Positions 53,927 to 61,996 of a stretch of 64,000 nt of DNA are shown piece by piece. Made by a program: the position numbers and the translations under genes. Each line of letters starts with the position of its first letter. Positions within the stretch are counted from its first letter, which is position 1. The DNA comes from Bdellovibrionota bacterium. Its GTDB lineage: Bacteria > Bdellovibrionota > UBA2428. Location: the NCBI GenBank assembly GCA_964202055.1, contig CAXNGS010000001.1, forward strand, positions 32,186-96,185, written 5' to 3'. Under the pieces are notes generated by a model. It was not told the origin of the DNA, did no database searches, and saw nothing but the letters and a program-made list of their open reading frames with translations.

Positions 53927-56044
53927 TTGGGGAGAACTCTTGTGAGCTTTGATTTCGATAAGATCGATTCGAAACATGATGAAAATTGGTGGTCGTCATA
54001 CGCCGATTTATTTTCCATGATTTCAGTAATCTTTTTGATGATGTACGTGGTGTCTTCGATGCGATCTGGCATCGGTGGCGTACAAACTCAAATGCAGTTT
54101 CAGCAAATCAGCAAAGAGAATCAAGATTTGAAACAACAGCTAGAGGTTTACAACACTTTAAAGGAAGACCAGCTCAAAGATTCATCAGATCAAGAGCAAG
54201 AAGTTTATCAAGGCTTGATGAAGCGGCTAACACTTTTGCAGGATGAAGCTCGTGATGAAAAAGACAACCTTCGAAAGCAAGCAAAAGAGAACGAAGAAAA
54301 AGAATTCGCGCTCAATCAGTATCAGCAAATCGTTCGTAACATCATCAACACCAACGTTTTGGCAAAAACCCAGATCAAACGCAAAGACACTTTGATCAGC
54401 ACTAAAAACGTTGATCTAAAAGAGAAGCAGCAAATCATCGAAGAACAGGAAAATGATTTGCAACAAAGCGCACAAGAGATATCTCAGTTGGAATCTTCAG
54501 TGGATCAAAAAGAGCAAACCATTGCAGAAAATCAGCAAAAAATTGACCAGGTCAATCAAGCCTTGGAAAATAAGATATCGCAATTGCGACAACAACAAGA
54601 AGCGGCCCAAATCACCAAAGCTCAGTTGAACTCTGAAATTAATAAATTGACCGATGAGTCTCAGCAAACCATAGCGCAACTTGAGGCTAGGAAGCGGCAG
54701 ACTCAATTAGCGCTGGAGCAAACCAAAAATAATTTGGACAAAGTCCAAGAAGAAATGGTCGAGCAACAAAAGCAAAACGCTACCGAGCGTGAACGCTTGG
54801 TCGGTGAAATGCAAGACGTAAAGGGCCAGTATCAGGGGCAGATTGCGGCATTGCATGCAGAACACCAAGAGCAAATTGCTGAAGAGCGTGCGGCCCGAGA
54901 GCGTTTGAAAAAAATGGGAGCTAAACAACGAGCCGCTCAAGAGGCCAAACTGCGCGCCGAAGCTGCGGCTCGTGAATCAGAATTTAAAAATGCCATTGGT
55001 GATTTGAATGGCAAAATTGCCGATTCAGAGCGTGACTTGGCAGACAATTTAGCTCAAGTCGAAAATTTAAGGGGCCAGGTCCAGGCCGCTTCTGGTCGGT
55101 TGGCTGCATCTGAACGCGAAAAAGGTCGATTGGCCGCAGAAAAAGCGCGGTTGGCTGGAAGTCTAGAAGCGACCGAAGCTGAAAAGGGGCGATTGTCTGC
55201 AGAGAAAAATCGATTGGCCGGAAATCTTGCAGCAGCTGAGGGCGAAAAGGGTCGACTGGCGGCGGAGAGCTCTCGATTGGCTGGAAATTTGGAAGCCACC
55301 GAAGCTGAAAGAGGTCGATTGGCGGCGGAGAAGAATCGACTGGCTGGAAATCTGGCTGCAGCTGAAGGCGAAAAGGGTCGTTTGGCGGCTGATCGAAATC
55401 GTGCTTTGGCCAGCGTTTCGAATCTTGAAAAAGAGCGAGAAAATTTGAGCGGTGAATTAAAACGAGCTCAAGAAGTCGCCAATGCTAAGAAAAAATTGAT
55501 TGGTCAGATCAAACAAAATTTAAAAACTGCAGGCTTGGAAGCCGAAATCGACGCCAAGAGCGGCGACGTGGTTTTATCTTTTGGTGAAGAATACTTTGAT
55601 ACCGGTAGTGCGATTTTGAAGCCCAGCATGACTGGAATTTTGAACCGCTTCATGCCCAGTTATTCAGATTCGCTTTTCAACGATCCAAACATTGCAGATA
55701 AAATCACCAACGTGGAAATCGTGGGTTATGCCAGTCCGACTTTTAATGGCAAATACGTAAATCCAGAAAGTTTAAATCCCAAAGATCAAGAAGCGATTCG
55801 TTACAATTTGAAACTGAGTTCTTCACGAGCTCAAGCAATTTTTAATCACATCTTTGATACCAAAAAATTGAAATATCAAAAACAACGAGATCTATTGCCA
55901 AAAGTTAAAGTGGTCGGCCGCGGTTATTTGCCGAACGGAAAAAAATGGGACGACATTCCGTCCACCATGACCGAAAAAGAATTCTGCAAACGTTTCAATT
56001 GTCAGAAAGCACAGCGAGTCGTGATTCGCTTTAACATGGAGTGA
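53927..56044 (+). CDS. MotB-like protein with ~480-aa coiled-coil spacer and C-terminal OmpA/MotB-type domain
   Basis: The channel helix 'WWSSYADLFSMISVIFLMMYVV' can be compared with E. coli MotB 'YADFMTAMMAFFLVMW'. Its Asp codon is at 54005-54007. The middle is Q/E/K/A/L heptad-rich. The C-terminal core is 'VEIVGYASP...NLKLSSSRAQAIFNHI...VVGRGY'. The start may instead be GTG 53942, which has a GGGGAG RBS. Confidence 0.75.
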   Translation: MGRTLVSFDFDKIDSKHDENWWSSYADLFSMISVIFLMMYVVSSMRSGIGGVQTQMQFQQISKENQDLKQQLEVYNTLKEDQLKDSSDQEQEVYQGLMKRLTLLQDEARDEKDNLRKQAKENEEKEFALNQYQQIVRNIINTNVLAKTQIKRKDTLISTKNVDLKEKQQIIEEQENDLQQSAQEISQLESSVDQKEQTIAENQQKIDQVNQALENKISQLRQQQEAAQITKAQLNSEINKLTDESQQTIAQLEARKRQTQLALEQTKNNLDKVQEEMVEQQKQNATERERLVGEMQDVKGQYQGQIAALHAEHQEQIAEERAARERLKKMGAKQRAAQEAKLRAEAAARESEFKNAIGDLNGKIADSERDLADNLAQVENLRGQVQAASGRLAASEREKGRLAAEKARLAGSLEATEAEKGRLSAEKNRLAGNLAAAEGEKGRLAAESSRLAGNLEATEAERGRLAAEKNRLAGNLAAAEGEKGRLAADRNRALASVSNLEKERENLSGELKRAQEVANAKKKLIGQIKQNLKTAGLEAEIDAKSGDVVLSFGEEYFDTGSAILKPSMTGILNRFMPSYSDSLFNDPNIADKITNVEIVGYASPTFNGKYVNPESLNPKDQEAIRYNLKLSSSRAQAIFNHIFDTKKLKYQKQRDLLPKVKVVGRGYLPNGKKWDDIPSTMTEKEFCKRFNCQKAQRVVIRFNME
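55118..55432 (+). repeat. 63-nt (21-aa, three-heptad) in-frame tandem repeat, ~5 units
   Basis: The units start at 55118, 55181, 55244, 55307 and 55370. They encode EKGRLAAEKARLAGSLEATEA, EKGRLSAEKNRLAGNLAAAEG, EKGRLAAESSRLAGNLEATEA, ERGRLAAEKNRLAGNLAAAEG and EKGRLAADRNRALASVSNLEK. The ...EATEA and ...AAAEG endings alternate through the four conserved units, giving a 126-nt super-period; the fifth unit is degenerate. Confidence 0.9.
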
Positions 56045-56059
56045 TTTTAAGAGGTATAT

Positions 56060-57049
56060 ATGCACGCACTTATAAAAAGCTTAATTGACCTAGTCGTACT
56101 CTTCACCAACCAGTTCTTAGTGCCCTTTCTTTTGTCGGCCTTTGTGTTCGGGGTGATTGCCCGAATCTTGGTCTTCTACACTGTGAAGCGCCAAGAGTGG
56201 TTTGTAAAAGAATTTGAAAAACGGGTGATCAAGCACGTTGAAAAAGAGGTTGGCAACGCTCGAAAATCCGAGAGTTTCTACATTCTTTCAAAACGACTTT
56301 TAGAAAAAACCTATTATGAACTTTTCGAGGTTCGCGCCGCGAATAAACGCCGACGCACTGATTACATCACGACTCCCAGTGATCGACTCTTTTTGATTCA
56401 AACCGGCTCGGCTTGGTTTGTTCGCGAAGCTTTGCGCCACTTTAGATTTTTAAGAAAATCAGACGAAGATCCTAAGTTTTTGGACATTTCAAAAAACATA
56501 TTTAAAAGTGTGGCTCCTTGGAATAAAGTTTTTGGAATCGTTCCCGTTGGTCCACTCAACGATCTTTTGAACTTGATGTCCGGACTTTTCATCATCGGCG
56601 GTATCTTTGGAACTTTCAACGGGATCATGGAAGCGTTGCCATCTCTTGGTGGCATGGACATGGCCGACATTGAAAAAAGTCAAAAGACCATGAGCATTTT
56701 CTTAGCCCACGTATCCTTTTCGATGTCGACATCGATCATCGGGATCATGTGCTCAGTGTTGCTTGCGATTGTGAATGCACTTTGCAATCCTGAAAAAGCT
56801 TTCTTCATGACCGTCACTAAACTTGACGCCACTTTGGCTTTCTTGTGGGGCCGTTGCGAAACCAATGTAGTCCCCGACGGTACTCCACAATTCGATGAAC
56901 ATAAAGATCCCATTGATGCTCTTGCCGAACTCGCAGTCGACAAAGAGCTCAAGAATTACAGTCCCGGCGAAGACTCTGATCGCCCGCGACTTCCGATCAG
57001 CACGCCCAAAAGAGTGGAAAGCGAGGAGGCTAAGAAGACAGCCTCATAA
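56060..57049 (+). CDS. MotA/TolQ/ExbB-like proton-channel protein
   Basis: TM1 lies at aa ~20-45, followed by a ~120-aa loop, then TM2 and TM3. 'LFIIGGIFGTFNGIMEAL' and 'SMSTSIIGIMCSVLLAIVNAL' resemble the family signatures 'GLLGTVxGMIxAF' and 'ALxTTxxGLxVAI'. A ~90-aa C-terminal tail follows. Confidence 0.6.
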   Translation: MHALIKSLIDLVVLFTNQFLVPFLLSAFVFGVIARILVFYTVKRQEWFVKEFEKRVIKHVEKEVGNARKSESFYILSKRLLEKTYYELFEVRAANKRRRTDYITTPSDRLFLIQTGSAWFVREALRHFRFLRKSDEDPKFLDISKNIFKSVAPWNKVFGIVPVGPLNDLLNLMSGLFIIGGIFGTFNGIMEALPSLGGMDMADIEKSQKTMSIFLAHVSFSMSTSIIGIMCSVLLAIVNALCNPEKAFFMTVTKLDATLAFLWGRCETNVVPDGTPQFDEHKDPIDALAELAVDKELKNYSPGEDSDRPRLPISTPKRVESEEAKKTAS

Positions 57050-57056
57050 GTACTGA

Positions 57057-59411
57057 ATGAGTTCTGAACGCGTCGGTCACATCAAAATAGAATTGGTGAA
57101 GAACGGCGTTCGCTCGTCCAAAATCTACGGAAAATCTGTGGTTTCCGTGGGTCGCATGGATCAATCAGATCTCCAAATCGATGATCCATCGATGTCTCGC
57201 GAACATCTCAAAATCGAACTTAAAGACAAAAAATTATATGTGACGGATTTAGGATCCTCGAACGGATCTTTGCTGAATCATTCGCGATTAAATGCAAACA
57301 AAGCAACGGTGATTCCAGAGGGCGCAATCGTACGCCCCGGTAGCGCAAAAATAAAACTAACCATCACGCTCGTTGAAGTGCGAGATTTAGACGACGTTGA
57401 TGCCGAGCTCGAAGATTTAACTTCCGCGCTCGAAGGTTTGGCAAAAAATGGTGTTAAAAAAGTCCGTGAGATCCAACTGCATGAAGAGACTCTCCAAAAA
57501 TCAGTGAGAGCTAAGCAGGAAAAATTAGTTCAATTAGTCGATCGACTTGAGGCGCAAAGTTTAAAAAAAGAAGAAATTGAAATCGGACTTAAATGCCTAG
57601 AGCCCAAATTGGCTCGGGTGATGGCTCTGATGAAGCTACAGGAGCCCCGACTCCGAAAAATTTGGGTTCTTAGAAAAAAACAAATCAGATACTTTCAAAA
57701 TCGCCGCGAAGTTTTGCTAGCCTTAGGCGATAAAATCGATGACCTAGAAATCAACATTGAAAATCATGGACTGTCGGAAAAGCGCGATCGATTGCGAGAA
57801 GAGATTGCGCGTTTAACTGAATCACTAGAGAGCTTAAGACGCACTGAAGAGAAGACGCGCTCTGACGTGGAAGGTCAATTAAAGCTGCTCGACATGAGGA
57901 AGCAAACCGAACAGGCCGAACTCCAGTTAATCAAGGCGCGAATCCAAAAGGAAATTGAAGAAGTCGAAGGTAAAAAATCGATCGTTACTTCAAAACTTTT
58001 GGAGCTGCAGCGCGAGTTAACCGGAACCACTAAGCAACTAGAAGATGTGCGCGATCATTTGGCGGGCGAAGTGGCGGCCACAGAAAAAATAGAAAACGAA
58101 CGAAATTCCATCGAGGTTCACATTGAAGAGCTGGAGGGCGCGCGCAACGCCCACGAACGTAATATTAACGAACTTCATGCAGAAGAAAGCGATTTGGATT
58201 CACGAGTGACTGTTAAACGCGCGGAAGTCAAAGAGCTCGAAGACTTCATCGTAAATCGTTTGGCAGAAACCGATGAGCGATGCCGCCAGATGGAAAAAGA
58301 ATCACAAGACACCTTGGATCAGCAACTCTTTGAAGCTGCGCGTGTGGCCAAAGAGCAGCTCGAGCAAGAGTTGGCCTTTAAGCGTGAAGCCGTGAGCGTA
58401 GACCTTGCTCGACGCGAAAAAGAAATCACCGATCGAGTTAAGGCTTTGGAAAGCAATCTTCAAGAGCAAAGCAATTCTTTCGAAGAGCGGATGATGATCG
58501 AGGAAAAGCGAAGAAAAAATGAGCTCGATCTTCAGCTAAAAGAAATGCAAATACGCCATGAAGTGGTCATTCAAGAAAAAGAAAAAGAAAGCATGACCCG
58601 ACAATTCAAGCGTATGGAAAAACAATTGCGGGCACTGGCTGCTAGTTCTTTAACCACCGCAGCCCTCTACATAAAGAGCACTACACCTAACGCCGCATCA
58701 CTCTTATCTTCGCCCGAATTGGAGGATGAAGTTTTTCAATCGCTTAAAGAAGCGGTATTGCCGCAAAAAGATGGCAAGCCGGTCTTGGCTCGAGCCATTG
58801 ATTTATCCGACCGCGAACGCCGTTTTTGGACTCGTACCGGAGTCGCAGCCTTCGCAACTCTCACCATCATTGGTACTTTAGTGCTCAATCCAAACTGGCC
58901 GGGCCAAGTTCTGACTGGAATGGTTTCTTATGTTCGAAGCCAAGAAAGCAGTTCGGATTATTTCGCGCGCAAATTAGAAGAAGAAAAAGCCAATCGGCCC
59001 AAATTTTTGCCAGAGCAAAATAGGACTTATAAGGAAAGCTACACCGATAATCTTTTGTACACTGAAGGTTTCTTGTTGGTTAAATCCGACGAAGAGATTC
59101 GTAAGCATTGGACTCTTAAACTCAATGATTATTTGATCAAAGAATTCGAAGTCGATGAAGACGTGGTGGTGAAATTTTTACCAGTCGAATCTCGATTGGT
59201 GAATGATTTAGCCGAATCGATGAAAACGATCAGCCCCAATTTTGTAGAAGACGGCGTTCAAAAAATGCGCCAGATGGAACTTAGTTACAAAATCGAAATC
59301 GAATCCATATTGGGCAGTCCTGAAAATTTTAAAAAATTCTGGGCTTTTCAAGGCGAATTTTATAACGAAACCATCCAATCGTTGGGATCTCGGACACCGG
59401 CTGGCAATTAA
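57057..59411 (+). CDS. FHA domain / long coiled coil / single-TM protein
   Basis: FHA domain: 'VVSVGRMDQSDLQIDDPSMSREHLKIELKDKKLYVTDLGSSNGSLLNHSRL'. It is followed by ~450 aa of E/K/L/R-rich heptads, a TM helix 'GVAAFATLTIIGTLVLNPNW' and a ~170-aa C-terminal domain. Confidence 0.75.
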   Translation: MSSERVGHIKIELVKNGVRSSKIYGKSVVSVGRMDQSDLQIDDPSMSREHLKIELKDKKLYVTDLGSSNGSLLNHSRLNANKATVIPEGAIVRPGSAKIKLTITLVEVRDLDDVDAELEDLTSALEGLAKNGVKKVREIQLHEETLQKSVRAKQEKLVQLVDRLEAQSLKKEEIEIGLKCLEPKLARVMALMKLQEPRLRKIWVLRKKQIRYFQNRREVLLALGDKIDDLEINIENHGLSEKRDRLREEIARLTESLESLRRTEEKTRSDVEGQLKLLDMRKQTEQAELQLIKARIQKEIEEVEGKKSIVTSKLLELQRELTGTTKQLEDVRDHLAGEVAATEKIENERNSIEVHIEELEGARNAHERNINELHAEESDLDSRVTVKRAEVKELEDFIVNRLAETDERCRQMEKESQDTLDQQLFEAARVAKEQLEQELAFKREAVSVDLARREKEITDRVKALESNLQEQSNSFEERMMIEEKRRKNELDLQLKEMQIRHEVVIQEKEKESMTRQFKRMEKQLRALAASSLTTAALYIKSTTPNAASLLSSPELEDEVFQSLKEAVLPQKDGKPVLARAIDLSDRERRFWTRTGVAAFATLTIIGTLVLNPNWPGQVLTGMVSYVRSQESSSDYFARKLEEEKANRPKFLPEQNRTYKESYTDNLLYTEGFLLVKSDEEIRKHWTLKLNDYLIKEFEVDEDVVVKFLPVESRLVNDLAESMKTISPNFVEDGVQKMRQMELSYKIEIESILGSPENFKKFWAFQGEFYNETIQSLGSRTPAGN

Positions 59412-59414
59412 TTT

Positions 59415-60500
59415 ATGTGTTGGCTGTTCGCTTCAAGATTTTTTTTAAAAAATCTAACAGGAATTTTGTTGGCAGCCGTATGGCTCTTAGCAGGTTGCGC
59501 CTCGCGACCAGAATCAACCCGCAGTCCTCAGTCGATCTTTAGCGGGTGCATGGAGGCGGCTCAAAAAATTTTGGGCACCGATGATTATCGATCACGACTA
59601 AAAATCGTCGAAGACCTTTCTCGGAATGAAAAATTTGATGTTTTACGTGGAGTCCGTGAGGCCAAAACAAAGAATCCAATTTTATGGTGGAAGTTAAAGC
59701 GTCGCTTGGCACTTTTAGAAAAAGATGGACTGACGCCGGATCAAGTCGAATCGCTGGTGGCCGATTTGTATCGACTGGCCAACCCAGAATCATATGTGCG
59801 CAAGTGGTTTCGCGGTGGATACCAAGAAGTTAAAGAAGCCTACATCATTGAATCGATATCTCAGCGCTTGCTTAATGAAGACTTGTCCAAAGTCTTTGCC
59901 GATGTGGGGTTGCTGCGCGAAGCCGGAGCGATTGAAAAGATTCGAAGCCATTTTCGCGAACAGTTTCGAGCCTTCAATATCATTCTTTCTTTTTGGGCCA
60001 GTGGAATGTCGATCAGTCACGGAGTCCCCTTTGTTTATTTGCCCTCGCTCAATGTGATGGATCGAATCGAGATTCCTGCCTCTATCATTGATAAAATTTT
60101 CAAAAATGGTTTGGATTCAGCTTATCCCGATCTTGAGCGACTCTACGGCCGGCGCGGTGATTTTCATGCGCTCTGGGGCGAGTTTGTTAAGTATGGGACT
60201 TATGCGGCCTTTGGGTCTCTACTGATTTACAGTGGGCACCAAGCTTATGGTGAATATCAGAAGGCTAAAGCTCATGACCTAGCGGCAATCGAAGAAAAGG
60301 CGGCCCCGGAAAAACTAAGCGCTCGCGAGCAGCGGCTGCAAAAACAAATTGATGAGTGGAAAATTCGCTTTCGAAAAGATCAGGGTCGAGAGCCCAGCGA
60401 AGTGGAAACGAAAGATTATTCCCGAGTCCTCAAATTTTATGGCGGACCCGGGAACCGTTCAGAAGAATCTCAAGCAGCGCCAGAGGCTCTTAAAAATTAG
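59415..60500 (+). CDS. lipoprotein, unknown function
   Basis: Lipobox 'WLLAGC'. It starts 3 nt after the FHA gene stop. The C-terminal tail is charged. Confidence 0.55.
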   Translation: MCWLFASRFFLKNLTGILLAAVWLLAGCASRPESTRSPQSIFSGCMEAAQKILGTDDYRSRLKIVEDLSRNEKFDVLRGVREAKTKNPILWWKLKRRLALLEKDGLTPDQVESLVADLYRLANPESYVRKWFRGGYQEVKEAYIIESISQRLLNEDLSKVFADVGLLREAGAIEKIRSHFREQFRAFNIILSFWASGMSISHGVPFVYLPSLNVMDRIEIPASIIDKIFKNGLDSAYPDLERLYGRRGDFHALWGEFVKYGTYAAFGSLLIYSGHQAYGEYQKAKAHDLAAIEEKAAPEKLSAREQRLQKQIDEWKIRFRKDQGREPSEVETKDYSRVLKFYGGPGNRSEESQAAPEALKN

Positions 60501-60508
60501 CTTCTTGA

Positions 60509-61429
60509 TTAATTCAAAAGCAAGTTCAAGAATTCAGTTTGAGTTCGCTCTTCAACAGTCACTTGATATTGCAAGGCGATAACTTTGCGGTTGATCGCTT
60601 CAAAATCGGTCGCATTGACCGAAACAAATTTGCTGCTGATCGAATAAATTGCCCCGCCGAGTGCGATGCCACCAGCTCCAAAAATTTCTGCGACCAATGC
60701 GCCCATGCCGCTTCCAGTAATTCCGGCTACGATTCCAGCCGCGCCTAACACAGCAACCAAACCCGCAGCCGAATACGCTGGGATTTTGTAACCTTCTGAT
60801 TTGTTGTAGCTTCGGCGCGAAATTTCAAGTTCGATTTTCAATTCATCCAAGTGAGCCTTTAAATCATTCAGATCGGCTGAGCGATTTTTTACGATTTCTT
60901 TCAAGTGATCTCGAGCATCGGGACCAAGTCGAGTGAAGGATTCATATAAATCAGCCAAATCTTTTCGGTCTTCTTTAATGTTGGCTTCTAATTCGGCAAT
61001 TCCTTTTTCAATTTTAGCGACGTTGCTGAATCTAACTTTAACGGAAATTCCCGCGTCAGCTAAAATCGTGGCTCCGAAACCAAGCGCAATCAAAGTGCCG
61101 GTAGTTTTAGTCAAAACACCTTTTAAAAGAAATCGAGTGAAGACCACTGCGCCTACTGCTTCCAAAGAGTTCACTACAACCGAAGTTCCGCGAACCATTT
61201 TTGCTTTGCTAAGAATTTTCTTAAATTCCTCGATGCTTCTTTCTTGGGCGGTGATCACTTCTTTGCGGCGTTCGATGTCTTGGCGCAAAAAGTTTTCCAA
61301 ACCTGGTGAAAGCTGGCTGGCAGTTGCCTGAGTTGCTTGAGCGGTGGCAACGCGGGGAGTGGTGATCGCTGAGCTCACGGCCAACGTTGAAAAAATCATT
61401 CGTATCAGAGTGTTTTTGATCGATTTCAT
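60509..61429 (-). CDS. secreted/membrane protein with coiled coil and glycine-zipper C-terminal segment
   Basis: It has a signal peptide and the glycine-zipper segment 'AAGLVAVLGAAGIVAGITGSGMGALVAEIFGAGGIALGGAIY'. No recognisable domain. Confidence 0.45.
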   Translation of the reverse strand: MKSIKNTLIRMIFSTLAVSSAITTPRVATAQATQATASQLSPGLENFLRQDIERRKEVITAQERSIEEFKKILSKAKMVRGTSVVVNSLEAVGAVVFTRFLLKGVLTKTTGTLIALGFGATILADAGISVKVRFSNVAKIEKGIAELEANIKEDRKDLADLYESFTRLGPDARDHLKEIVKNRSADLNDLKAHLDELKIELEISRRSYNKSEGYKIPAYSAAGLVAVLGAAGIVAGITGSGMGALVAEIFGAGGIALGGAIYSISSKFVSVNATDFEAINRKVIALQYQVTVEERTQTEFLNLLLN

Positions 61430-61525
61430 GAAAGTCCTCGCCTTCTATTTTCTAAGCTTGTGACTAATCAAAATAATGCTACGCGTCAACGCGGGCTTGG
61501 CGGGCAAATCGGGTGAAAAATGCGC

Positions 61526-61990
61526 CTACAAAAGAAACAAAATCACGAGCAAGGCGAGCAAAGCCCCGCCGTTGAGCTGAACGCTAAGCTTATGTAAGTA
61601 ATCAAATTTTTCGCGAACCAAAGCTTCAGTGCTGGGGTCTAAAATCGAGGACTGAAGCGCGGTGATTGCAGGGGTTAGCGACCATCGGCTGTAGGCAAAG
61701 ACACAGAGTGCGGCGGTCGCCAGCGGTAGGATAAAACGATATCGCCAGCGCTCAGAGCTTGTGGTGTGGCGAGCGCCGTAAATGGACAGCGAAACAAAGA
61801 TAAAAATCGCTCCCGAAATAACGCCGGCTAAATAATAAGCCGGAAAAATCGAGGCCTGAAGTTTCGCGGCGTCGGCTCGCTCTAAAACTTTAAACACTCG
61901 CGGCGCAAAGATGATGATGAAAAAAAGCATCTCGCCCAACCAAAAGGTCAGGGCAAGCTTTTGCAGGAATTTAAAAATTCGAAGAATCAT
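61526..61990 (-). CDS. DUF4149 (TMEM205-like) membrane protein
   Basis: 4 TM helices. The N-terminus 'LALTFWLGEMLFFIIIFAPRVF' is typical of DUF4149. Confidence 0.5.
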   Translation of the reverse strand: MILRIFKFLQKLALTFWLGEMLFFIIIFAPRVFKVLERADAAKLQASIFPAYYLAGVISGAIFIFVSLSIYGARHTTSSERWRYRFILPLATAALCVFAYSRWSLTPAITALQSSILDPSTEALVREKFDYLHKLSVQLNGGALLALLVILFLL

Positions 61991-61996
61991 TAAGTC

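Noticed and set aside
55054-55448. ORFs on the minus strand (55054..55299) and in another plus frame (55227..55448) across the repeat region. I also considered that the repeats are a CRISPR-like array.
   Set aside because: The repeats are contiguous with no spacers, have a 63-nt period, and are in frame within a long coiled-coil CDS. The alternative-frame ORFs are repeat-induced artefacts.
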